DNA from: a virus
Lineage: Duplodnaviria; Caudoviricetes
DNA: 48,013 bases
Direction: 5' to 3' (one strand)
Virus record (IMG/VR): IMGVR_UViG_3300044477_000015
Span: 1-48,013 of that record
This document shows positions 1-8,423 of this stretch, piece by piece (position 1 is the stretch's first letter; every line of letters starts with the position of its first letter). A model generated the notes under the pieces. The model ran no database searches, was not told the DNA's origin, and worked only from the letters and a program-made list of their open reading frames with translations. Both the position numbers and the translations under genes were made by a program.

Positions 1-386
1 TAAATTCGCTTGCTTACATATCCGTCTTTTGGTAACCATTCATCCATGGCCACACTCTTACAATCTCCAGGATACTCATTAAATTTGAAATCAGGATGCC
101 CCTTAATTAAATTAGGGCATTGGCTATACGTTACCTCAGGGTGCAATATTATCGCCTCACCATACGCCTCTTTTACGCGTTTCAGTAAATCGTTTTCCAT
201 TTGGTAGCCTTTGTAACATTTCAGCTTACCGTTTTCATCCGATGTATAACCCTCCCGATATTGCCTTACGAGTTCTTCAACCGGTTGAGATATTTGACTG
301 AGGGAAACATAATTCCTACGTTCTTCGAACCTGCAATTAATTAGCGTTTGTTCGATAATTTTCGCACTAAATTCACCGTTTTTCAT
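1..386 (-). CDS. Partial PD-(D/E)xK-family nuclease (Cas4/exonuclease-like), runs off the window edge
   Basis: Not in the ORF track. Manual translation from ATG 386: MKNGEFSAKII...YVSLSQI...KGYQME...IKGHPDFKFNEYPGDCKS, a nuclease-like D...DxK pattern. ATGA overlap with the upstream gene. Confidence 0.5.
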   Translation of the reverse strand, partial: MKNGEFSAKIIEQTLINCRFEERRNYVSLSQISQPVEELVRQYREGYTSDENGKLKCYKGYQMENDLLKRVKEAYGEAIILHPEVTYSQCPNLIKGHPDFKFNEYPGDCKSVAMDEWLPKDGYVSKRI

Positions 387-925
387 AGCATTAGTATTTG
401 GTTAGTATTTCTTTTACTTATCTCACTCCAATATCTGTAATAACAGGAAACATAAATATCTTTAAGCTTGCTATCTGATAGAGGTTTTTTGTTCAATCTT
501 TTGGCCTTCCGAATACAATTGATAATAGTCCTGTACCCGCATTGATATAAATTTGAAGGCCATTCATACACTTCTATTATTCCGGCCCATTCTGGCACCT
601 GATCATGATCTATCAGTCCGCGTGGGAACGCATAGTAAAATTCGGTCGGGCCAAACCCTTCGACCAGTAGCTCATGTTTTGTTTTAGTACTGTATTGTAC
701 TTGTCTATCTTCAAAACCCTCGTATTTTAGCTTACTTTTCTTAAAATCAGCTTTAAAATCGGACCTACTCAGCTTAATTTCGTATTCAATTGCATAACCC
801 GACTTTGTTACACGCACCAAATCACTTTCAAATGGACTCCACAGGAAAATGTTTGGCACCACAACCAGCGAACTAGTCTCGTACTCTCTTTTGATAGCTA
901 ATTGAATGGAAGCTGCGTTTATCAT
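383..925 (-). CDS. MmcB-like / PD-(D/E)xK endonuclease
   Basis: ESDLVRVTKSGYAIEYEIKLSRSDFKADFKK and FYYAFP...VPEWAGI motifs. Confidence 0.65.
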   Translation of the reverse strand: MINAASIQLAIKREYETSSLVVVPNIFLWSPFESDLVRVTKSGYAIEYEIKLSRSDFKADFKKSKLKYEGFEDRQVQYSTKTKHELLVEGFGPTEFYYAFPRGLIDHDQVPEWAGIIEVYEWPSNLYQCGYRTIINCIRKAKRLNKKPLSDSKLKDIYVSCYYRYWSEISKRNTNQILML

Positions 926-1353
926 CTGATTTGTTTATCTAATTCCTTTATCTGTTTTTTGAATTTGCTGTCACTATCACAAAGGTTATTCACTGTTTTT
1001 ACCGAATGCTTAACAGTTGCATGATCTTTGCCACCTACAAATAACCCTATTCTATAAAGGCTTTCTTTGGTGTACTCCTTACAGAAATAATGAATTATTT
1101 GCCGACATTGAACTACTTCTCTTTTACGTGTAACCTTTTGAATATGTTTGATCTCAATATTAAAGTACTTGCAAACAATTTCGGTTATTTCATCAACAGT
1201 AATAGGGTGAGGCCTGAATAAGTTATTTTCAACCTCTGTTTCACACAAGTATTCAAGCTCATGCGAAAGAACAGCATTTTGCCACAATATTAACGCTACC
1301 TCCCTGGGAGTTGTGAATGTTTTTTTAAAGTCAATTACTATGTTCATGATCAC
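922..1353 (-). CDS. Stand-alone DnaA C-terminal (domain IV) helix-turn-helix protein
   Basis: TRKREVVQCRQIIHY...SLYRIGLFVGGKDHATVKHS matches DnaA domain IV. Confidence 0.85.
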   Translation of the reverse strand: MIMNIVIDFKKTFTTPREVALILWQNAVLSHELEYLCETEVENNLFRPHPITVDEITEIVCKYFNIEIKHIQKVTRKREVVQCRQIIHYFCKEYTKESLYRIGLFVGGKDHATVKHSVKTVNNLCDSDSKFKKQIKELDKQIR

Positions 1354-1558
1354 TTATTTTATTCCATTCACTTTCCATGATGATGTACCCACAATAACAG
1401 GTATGTATATACGTATTCCATGGCACAGTATGCAATACCTCGGCAACTTCATGGCGTCCACATTCGGGACATCTTATGATTTCGTAGTGTTTATTCATAG
1501 CGTTTCTATTAAATAACCAGCTCCACGGCATTTCATACAATCTTCTGTAAATTGACAT
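1331..1558 (-). CDS. Small zinc-ribbon hypothetical protein
   Basis: CPECG and HTCYCG motifs. Confidence 0.5.
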   Translation of the reverse strand: MSIYRRLYEMPWSWLFNRNAMNKHYEIIRCPECGRHEVAEVLHTVPWNTYIHTCYCGYIIMESEWNKISDHEHSN

Positions 1559-1847
1559 ATCTTATATGGCCTTTACCGTGGCAATTGTCACATCTATTAA
1601 TTTCAACAGCCTTCAAATACTTTTCAATTTGTTCTTTTGCTGCATCATACCCCATTTTGTAAAATACGGCTGCATCTGCGGTGTTAACCTTTACTGTTGG
1701 TTCGTATGGGAAATCGGCGGCTGATATTTTATTGGCTTCAATGGTGTAATCACAATCCCGTACAATTTCCTGTACTTTCAGCTCGTCAAGTTCCGGTATA
1801 ATATCTTCGTATGGAAACTTATTTTGATAGTATTCATATTTTTTCAT
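1533..1847 (-). CDS. Hypothetical protein with C-terminal CxxCxGxG
   Basis: ORF in operon; CDNCHGKG. Confidence 0.5.
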   Translation of the reverse strand: MKKYEYYQNKFPYEDIIPELDELKVQEIVRDCDYTIEANKISAADFPYEPTVKVNTADAAVFYKMGYDAAKEQIEKYLKAVEINRCDNCHGKGHIRYVNLQKIV

Positions 1848-1850
1848 GGT

Positions 1851-1961
1851 TTACTCCTCAAATATTTTAGAAACTATATACAAAATTCGCAAAAGTGCGA
1901 CAAAGCAGACGATTAATAATCCTAGTATTATTCCTGCGATAATCAATAAAGTTGATAGCAT
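1851..1961 (-). CDS. Small single-TM protein (36 aa)
   Basis: Manual translation MLSTLLIIAGIILGLLIVCFVALLRILYIVSKIFEE; fills the intergenic gap. Confidence 0.5.
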   Translation of the reverse strand: MLSTLLIIAGIILGLLIVCFVALLRILYIVSKIFEE

Positions 1962-1966
1962 AGCGT

Positions 1967-2347
1967 TTATTTTAAGTTAAAGTATTCATCAACTATTTTA
2001 CGGGCACCTTCGAAACCAATTCCAAACCGTGCCATATACCCGCGTTGTTCGAGCTGGCATAGCATAGCAAATTGTTCTTTTATATGTTCATTGCTCACTA
2101 TTTCGCCATTACGTTTCACAATTGTTACGCCGGGAGCTTTCATTTCGATATAAAGGCCGTGGTATTTACCACGTGGTTCACATATAAATATATCAGGCCA
2201 TGCGCGACCTTTACGCTGTTTTTTAATCTTATTAGCCTGACCAATTGTAAGCCTTATCCCTGATAAATCGGAATTGTAAAGCACTTTCGGATATTGGTAA
2301 TCCAGGTATTTACAAAGTTTGTCCTGTTCGTGTGATTCGATGTTCAT
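1967..2347 (-). CDS. VRR-NUC domain nuclease (Holliday junction resolvase-like)
   Basis: ESHEQ...WPDIFI...GLYIEMKAP...EQ...LEQRGY. Confidence 0.8.
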   Translation of the reverse strand: MNIESHEQDKLCKYLDYQYPKVLYNSDLSGIRLTIGQANKIKKQRKGRAWPDIFICEPRGKYHGLYIEMKAPGVTIVKRNGEIVSNEHIKEQFAMLCQLEQRGYMARFGIGFEGARKIVDEYFNLK

Positions 2348-2350
2348 AAG

Positions 2351-3055
2351 CTATTTCCTTTTAGACTCCCCCTTAAATGGAACAACATACGTCATTTGCT
2401 TTAACCGGTCGTAAATATGCCAGCCGTATTCCTGTCCAATTTGGTCGAGTGTTAAGTTGGTTGAAATCAAAATACTTTTCTTCTTATCATACCGGCTCAT
2501 TATGATTTCCTCAAATGGCTTTATCTCTGTACCGTAATTTTTCACCACTTTGGCCTCATACCCTATGTCATCAATTGCAAGTATTGATGTGTTTCTCATT
2601 CTATTAATCAAATATTCATTTTCAGATGCAAAATGATTAGCCATATCATGAGAAAGAACGTACATCGGTTCGGAAATACCCTTATCCAATGAGGTTATTG
2701 AATAATACTTTTCGATGAACTGAACAATACCTTTCAAAATAATTGTTTTTCCGGTACCAAACGAGCCGGTAAGAAGTAATCCTTTGTTCAGCTTAATATC
2801 AATATCGATTCCAATCAACCAACCAAAAATTACTTTAAGAATTTCATAATCATCTTTCGATAAAATAATCTTTCCTTCAGCCTGATAAAATGCATCTTTC
2901 ATCATTAGCACCAATTCACGGGCTAATTCTTTTAACTTTTCTGGTTCAAACACCCGGCGGCGCCATTCGTATTGCTTAAACTCGCTATAAATATGTTGGT
3001 TCTCCGAGGCCTTCTGGTTTTTGATTTTTTGATACGTTTGGTTTATTCGTTGCAT
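2351..3055 (-). CDS. DnaC/IstB-like AAA+ ATPase (helicase loader)
   Basis: Walker A GSFGTGKT, Walker B AIDDIG, ISTNL, DRL; directly downstream of the initiator. Start chosen at MQRINQ. Confidence 0.85.
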   Translation of the reverse strand: MQRINQTYQKIKNQKASENQHIYSEFKQYEWRRRVFEPEKLKELARELVLMMKDAFYQAEGKIILSKDDYEILKVIFGWLIGIDIDIKLNKGLLLTGSFGTGKTIILKGIVQFIEKYYSITSLDKGISEPMYVLSHDMANHFASENEYLINRMRNTSILAIDDIGYEAKVVKNYGTEIKPFEEIIMSRYDKKKSILISTNLTLDQIGQEYGWHIYDRLKQMTYVVPFKGESKRK

Positions 3056-3749
3056 TTTTCTGTATTTTAAGGAATTTATCAATATAAAGTACTCCGTTTT
3101 TATCCTTATCACGTAATTTTACGGGACTTTGAAAATTTGGTTCCCAAAAAGGATCGGCGCGGGCGTTTAGAATCGCCTGATTTATTTGAATGATTGTGTA
3201 CCCATCTATCCGAATAAGCTTATCAAAACATTCCAATGATTTTGGGCCAACATATTTTTCATCAAAGTATTTTTTACAATCATCATTCAAAGAAATTATT
3301 TCAGGGGGATATTCTTTTATTATTTTCCTTTCCTTTCCTTTCTTTTCTTTTATAGCATTGCGATCGCATTTTTTTTCCATGCGATCGCATTGCGGTTGCA
3401 TTACGTTCGCATCTTTAACCCATCTGTTAAGTGCTGATTCTCTTGCCTTTTTTGATTTAGCATTTCTTTCTTCTAATCTTTTTTGAACAGACATTGAACC
3501 AAAAAAATTGCCGTTTTTAACGAATAAATCGAAGTCATTTATGATACTTTTTACTACTTTTTCATCCACTCGCAATTCAAACGCAATGCATTCGTAATCC
3601 GTTCGCAATGCGTTCGCATTATTATATAGGTCCTCAATTATTGCCCAAAATACACCATATCCAAGCATTCCGTGCTTTCTGATAAGAGGTTTTATCTTAT
3701 CATCAGAACGTGGATTATAATCGTGTGGAAAATAAAATGTTTCTTTCAT
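2985..3749 (-). CDS. Phage replication initiator (DUF4373/Lin1244-like N-terminus)
   Basis: YFPHDYNPRSDDKI...HGMLGYGVFWAIIEDLY; internal repeats; upstream of loader. Confidence 0.8.
   Translation of the reverse strand: MKETFYFPHDYNPRSDDKIKPLIRKHGMLGYGVFWAIIEDLYNNANALRTDYECIAFELRVDEKVVKSIINDFDLFVKNGNFFGSMSVQKRLEERNAKSKKARESALNRWVKDANVMQPQCDRMEKKCDRNAIKEKKGKERKIIKEYPPEIISLNDDCKKYFDEKYVGPKSLECFDKLIRIDGYTIIQINQAILNARADPFWEPNFQSPVKLRDKDKNGVLYIDKFLKIQKNATNKPNVSKNQKPEGLGEPTYL
3359..3619. repeat. Iteron-like 11-bp repeats (consensus TGCGWTCGCAW), putative replication origin
   Basis: Copies at 3359, 3380, 3391, 3402 and five tandem degenerate copies at 3565-3619; pyrimidine-rich tract at 3313-3352. 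Confidence 0.7.
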
Positions 3750-3773
3750 TAAGTTATTTTTATGCCACTAATT

Positions 3774-4490
3774 TCAAATTAGCGACCTATTCCACTTCAT
3801 TTTATAATACTTGCGTAAATCTTCAATTAATTGTTCCTGAGTTTTTATATACCCCATATCAATTGCAAAAGCCATTTGACGTTCAATATTCTCAAGTTCT
3901 TTCAATTGTTGCTGACTTGCTGAATTTCTTATTCCAGCTTCATGTCTCTGAAAAACGCAATAGTTTAGAGCCTTTGCAATACCAATGTAATCAGGGTTTT
4001 TAAATTTAGCTAACGCACGGCTCAAATCTTTATAAAAGTTCCCAGCCTCAATACGATTAATGATAAGCTTATCAGTTATCCAAATTACAGTTTTACCGTA
4101 AAATTCAGGGCTTAATTCAAGCGCTATTAATACCCAAATGTAAGGGTTAACCCATGTTGTTTTTGTATGTCTTGCCCCTGTGGTTCTATATTGACCTATT
4201 GCTTTTAATGTTGTTGCAATACCCTTATTTTTAACCATTTCTATAAACGTAGACATATCTACTGTTATAACATTTTGGTTTTTAAGAATATAAAAAATAC
4301 GTTCTACGTTTTCAATCCTGGAAATCAATTCAGGAATATGCTTAGATGTCCATCCTTTCGATATTCTTATCTTATCAAATATATCTTGTAAATCAGATAA
4401 GTTTAAAAAACCAGTTTTTGTTTCTTGCCTAATTATATTCCCAAATAATTCCCTGTCAGCTTGAGATTTCATTATAACATTTGTTTTCAT
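3774..4490 (-). CDS. KilA-N domain DNA-binding protein
   Basis: IRQETKTGFLNLSDL...TWVNPYIWVLIALELSPEF. Confidence 0.75.
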   Translation of the reverse strand: MKTNVIMKSQADRELFGNIIRQETKTGFLNLSDLQDIFDKIRISKGWTSKHIPELISRIENVERIFYILKNQNVITVDMSTFIEMVKNKGIATTLKAIGQYRTTGARHTKTTWVNPYIWVLIALELSPEFYGKTVIWITDKLIINRIEAGNFYKDLSRALAKFKNPDYIGIAKALNYCVFQRHEAGIRNSASQQQLKELENIERQMAFAIDMGYIKTQEQLIEDLRKYYKMKWNRSLI

Positions 4491-4519
4491 AATTGTATAA
4501 TTAAGTAATATTAGTTATG

Positions 4520-4554
4520 CAAATGTAAAAAAATATTTTATTTGCAGTTACAAA
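4520..4554 (-). promoter_or_regulatory. Putative Bacteroidota sigma-A promoter for the KilA-N gene
   Basis: TACATTTG -7 box (4520-4527); upstream TTTG with a 23-nt spacer, longer than consensus. Confidence 0.45.
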
Positions 4555-4706
4555 TATTCAATTATATACTCTCTGCCTTGGTTATCCTTAACTTTAACCG
4601 CGTACTTATCGCCGCAAATTAACGCACCTTTCTTTTTATCCCGGTCCATTCGTTTACTTTCAATGGCACTGTTTATCGAATCTGCATGTTTAAATATAGC
4701 TTTCAT
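4548..4706 (-). CDS. Small hypothetical protein (52 aa)
   Basis: Manual translation MKAIFKHADS...GREYIIEYL. Confidence 0.45.
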   Translation of the reverse strand: MKAIFKHADSINSAIESKRMDRDKKKGALICGDKYAVKVKDNQGREYIIEYL

Positions 4707-4717
4707 AGTAGTATGTT

Positions 4718-5284
4718 TTATTGTTTGTTTTTTGCTCTTTCCTGGTTCTTAATGATGTTTTCTTTTAGGCCATCAATTACGTCAATATTGTAATGTTTGG
4801 CCATATTAAGGAGGACCGAAAGGCAATCGATAAGTTCAGAGCCAAAATGTTTTTTTGTTTCATTATTTTTAGGGTCTATCGCAAGAAACGCCCACGCCAA
4901 TTCTTCGCTTTCTTCTTCCAACTTCTCCATGAAGTCGTAAAAATCGGTCTCATCATTGATAAGACCGCGATCGCGAACTGCTTTGTAATTTAAATCGATC
5001 AGCATTTCTAATACCGTCATTGGGTCGCCATTGTCTTTTAAAAAATTAGATGGCATTTTGAACTCAGTATTATGCCAAGTTTCCTCCAATCTTTTTGTAA
5101 AATTTTCCCGAGCTTTTGCAACATCTGATTTAATATTTTTATTTTCTTCCATGGCTGTACATTTTAAGCATTTAAAATTATGTTCTATTTCTATGTTCTC
5201 AACCATACCCCAAACCTGCTGAACTAAGTAAAATTGTTTACCACATTCGCAGGTACAAGGGTATGAGAATTGAGCGTATTTCAC
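4718..5284 (-). CDS. MazG-like NTP pyrophosphohydrolase with N-terminal Cys-rich region
   Basis: KLEEESEEL...ELIDCLSVLLNMA...ENIIKNQER. Confidence 0.65.
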   Translation of the reverse strand: MKYAQFSYPCTCECGKQFYLVQQVWGMVENIEIEHNFKCLKCTAMEENKNIKSDVAKARENFTKRLEETWHNTEFKMPSNFLKDNGDPMTVLEMLIDLNYKAVRDRGLINDETDFYDFMEKLEEESEELAWAFLAIDPKNNETKKHFGSELIDCLSVLLNMAKHYNIDVIDGLKENIIKNQERAKNKQ

Positions 5285-7824
5285 GCTTCAACCTTATTTA
5301 TTTCATCATCAAATACGCTGAATAAACTTGGCGAAAGCGCGTTAATTTCAGCCGCTCTCAGGTATTGCAATCCATCTTTATAACTTTCGGGATTTAACTC
5401 AGTAGCTTCGCCCTTACGGCCTAATTTGATAGCCCTATATGGTACCGTCATAAGTCCGCCAAACGGATCGAAAACCAAATCACCAACATTTGAAAACCTG
5501 TTAATAAGCCTATCAACTATATCAAATTGAAGCGGGCAAATGTGCATTTGAAGTTTCTTATTTGACTGACTACCGTTGAGGGTAAGCATCCGGTTTACGT
5601 CATCCCATACAAAGAAAGTGCGGGCCGGTATATTGAGCGTTTGAAAGGTTGCGGGTAATTTGCCAATGCTGTCCAATTCTTTTGCCGTGTTTACGTGGTT
5701 TTCGTAGTCATACACGCGATCTTTCATAAAATCGTTGTAATATTTATTGACTTTATCAATTGGAAGCTGTCTTATCTCATCAGGTGTTAAAAATCGATCT
5801 CCTGAACTATTCCATTTCGCCCTGGCATCGATTTGCCATTGACCACGGGTATACTGTTCTTTTGTTTTTTCAACTGGAATATCAGCGTAGGCTTTTGAAG
5901 TATCTGAGGGTAATTTTCTGAACAGCAAAACATATTCCGGGCAACCTACACCCATTTTAGAACCATCCTTACATTGTTCAGTCCATCCGAGGCGGTAAGT
6001 TTGGTTATTTTCACGTACCACGTCCGTTTCAATGGTTATACGCCCGAAATACCGGAAACCATGTTTCAGAAAATGCATAACCGTAAAATCAGAGAACGGA
6101 TCCAAAGTGGGCATTCCATCTCCCGTGGCATTTCCAAACAAAATACGGTCCTTTACGTGTATTGCAGCAACGCGCCCAGGCTTTAATATCCTGAATAATT
6201 CAGGCGTTAGGAAATCCATCTGTTCAAAAAAATGATCATTATCTGAGGTGTGCCCAAAATCGTTGTAAGTAGGTGTGTATTCGTAATGATTAGAGAAGGG
6301 AATTGAAGTAACAATAAGGTCTTTACTGTTCTCATCCATGGCCATTGTTTCGGGTACTGCGTCCCCATTTATAGCATTGAATAGCTTACCTGATTCTTTG
6401 TAGCTGTCTGAAATAATTGAGCGCTTTAGTTTTTCCATTGTATGTGTATTTGATAATCCGTTTTCTTTAATTATTTTGGTCATTTCGTCAACTAAATAGT
6501 TGTGTTGTTGCCATTTCTTCTCAAGAGCTTTTAATATTTCGCCCTCACTTTCTGCGTAAATAATGTGAATTTCAACCGGTTTTGTTTGCTGAAATCTGTA
6601 CACGCGGTGTATTGCCTGAATAAATGAGTTAAACTCATAACCGATGCCCAAAAATATGGCTTTATAGCAATGATATTGCAGGTTACAACCCTGGCCACTT
6701 ATTTCTGGTTTCGTGGCTATGTACTGAATTTTCCCGTCCGCAAAATCTATTATAGTTTGCTCACGAATATCCATATCCTGTGTGCCATATACTTCTTTAC
6801 AAGCTGGTAATGCTCGTTTTATTGCATGCCTTTCGTTTTCGAGATCGTGCCAAATGATGTAATTGCTTTCGGGATCCGAATTAATTATTTCCATCATTTT
6901 TACAATTCGATGCTCGAGGCTTTCCCTTTTTTCCCTCGCGGCATCTTTAAGGCCAAGAGCAGCCTCCCTAAACATTTTTATTTGTCCATCCTGATCGGAT
7001 CCGGCTGTCTTATGATCAACTTTTACCTTATGATAAACCACTTTCATTTCCGGTAGGTCGTACCCTTCATTGGTATATCCTAAATCAGATGGTTTGGTAA
7101 TAAATAACGCCCATGTGCTCATCCATAACCAGAATTCCTTTTCCTTGTGAGGGTAAATAGTTAGGTTATTTGCCTGAGTAGAATCTCTTTTAAAAAACCT
7201 AGTTAAAGCCTGTCCAGTGTCCATTATTTCCAGATACCCGGCATAATGAATAAGTTCCTTGTACTTGTTTGGTGAAGGGGTTGCGGTGCAAACGAACTTA
7301 TATTTAACACCTTTAAACTTATCTAAAAACGTTTGGTATGTCTTAGAGCCATACGAGCGCAATACAGAGGCTTCATCCAAAGATGTAACGGTAAAGTATT
7401 TAGGGTTTATATTACCATCCCGTACACGTTCATAGTTTGTTATAAGTATGCTGCCTTCAGGTGCGCTTTCGCATTCTACCTGAGTTTTTACATACTGTAA
7501 ATCAATGCCAAGTTTGCGCTTTGCATCTTTAAAAAACTCTTGACGAACTCCCAATGGACATACTATTAAAGCCTTACCACCTTCTACTTTTAAGATTTCA
7601 GAGCAAATAATAAGCTGTTGAATGGTTTTCCCGAGGCCAAAGCTTTCAAAAAGTGCGCGGCGACCTCCACGAATAGCCCACTCAATAGCGTCTTTTTGAT
7701 GAGGTTTTAACGTCGTAAGGTCGTGAAATAGCGTTTGCTCAATTTTAATATCAATACCCGTTTCAGGCGCAATACATACCTTGGAAAGTAGAAACTCGTT
7801 ATAATTTTTTAATTTGTCGTTCAT
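5281..7824 (-). CDS. SNF2-like helicase fused to N4/N6-type DNA methyltransferase
   Basis: FGLGKT, LDEAS, TATP, QAIHRVYR; C-terminal IVTSIPF and DPFGGLMT. Confidence 0.85.
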   Translation of the reverse strand: MNDKLKNYNEFLLSKVCIAPETGIDIKIEQTLFHDLTTLKPHQKDAIEWAIRGGRRALFESFGLGKTIQQLIICSEILKVEGGKALIVCPLGVRQEFFKDAKRKLGIDLQYVKTQVECESAPEGSILITNYERVRDGNINPKYFTVTSLDEASVLRSYGSKTYQTFLDKFKGVKYKFVCTATPSPNKYKELIHYAGYLEIMDTGQALTRFFKRDSTQANNLTIYPHKEKEFWLWMSTWALFITKPSDLGYTNEGYDLPEMKVVYHKVKVDHKTAGSDQDGQIKMFREAALGLKDAAREKRESLEHRIVKMMEIINSDPESNYIIWHDLENERHAIKRALPACKEVYGTQDMDIREQTIIDFADGKIQYIATKPEISGQGCNLQYHCYKAIFLGIGYEFNSFIQAIHRVYRFQQTKPVEIHIIYAESEGEILKALEKKWQQHNYLVDEMTKIIKENGLSNTHTMEKLKRSIISDSYKESGKLFNAINGDAVPETMAMDENSKDLIVTSIPFSNHYEYTPTYNDFGHTSDNDHFFEQMDFLTPELFRILKPGRVAAIHVKDRILFGNATGDGMPTLDPFSDFTVMHFLKHGFRYFGRITIETDVVRENNQTYRLGWTEQCKDGSKMGVGCPEYVLLFRKLPSDTSKAYADIPVEKTKEQYTRGQWQIDARAKWNSSGDRFLTPDEIRQLPIDKVNKYYNDFMKDRVYDYENHVNTAKELDSIGKLPATFQTLNIPARTFFVWDDVNRMLTLNGSQSNKKLQMHICPLQFDIVDRLINRFSNVGDLVFDPFGGLMTVPYRAIKLGRKGEATELNPESYKDGLQYLRAAEINALSPSLFSVFDDEINKVEA

Positions 7825-7857
7825 ATATAATTTTTAGCTGTTTATGTATATAATTTT

Positions 7858-8421
7858 CTACAAAAATTGTAAGTCGTTTACGTCGCCTTTAAATGGCACG
7901 TAATAACCCTGACCGCCTTTGTATGGAATTGGGGTTTTAAGAATGCGTGGGTTTTGGGTTAACCAGGCATAGCGACCATGCTGATAATCTCCGTAACTTA
8001 ATTCAGGTTCTCGTATTCTTTTTTGTCTAAAAACAGCATTTGCAAATGTTTTTTCACTTTCTGTTAAATCTCCTTTTTGATAATAGAAAAACGATAATGG
8101 ATCGCTGTGAATTCGTTTACATTCCGTTACCTCAATTGATCCGATAATTGAACCAATGGGAAAACTAAAAGAGTAGCCTTTATACCCTGTGTTTTCATCT
8201 TCATGCTTATGTAAATATCCAAGGTTCATTAATACTGATTTAAACGGCTCTTGAATACATATTTCAGCCTGTTCCTTTGTCCACTTACTCGCAGCATGTA
8301 TAAGATAAATTCCTTTTTCTACTGTCCACGTTGTAGGCTTCGGACGTGTTTCGATTTTCTTTGCTCCATGAACCAAAAAAGATGCCCATGGCTGCCATAA
8401 GGTTAGTACTTTGTATTCCAT
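7858..8421 (-). CDS. ASCH domain protein
   Basis: LTLWQPWAS...GAKKIETR...LIHA...GRYAW...PIPYKGGQG. Confidence 0.85.
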   Translation of the reverse strand: MEYKVLTLWQPWASFLVHGAKKIETRPKPTTWTVEKGIYLIHAASKWTKEQAEICIQEPFKSVLMNLGYLHKHEDENTGYKGYSFSFPIGSIIGSIEVTECKRIHSDPLSFFYYQKGDLTESEKTFANAVFRQKRIREPELSYGDYQHGRYAWLTQNPRILKTPIPYKGGQGYYVPFKGDVNDLQFL

Positions 8422-8423
8422 AA

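Noticed and set aside
1-386. Cas4 as part of a CRISPR system
   Set aside because: Only a partial PD-(D/E)xK-like ORF; no other cas genes or array in the window.
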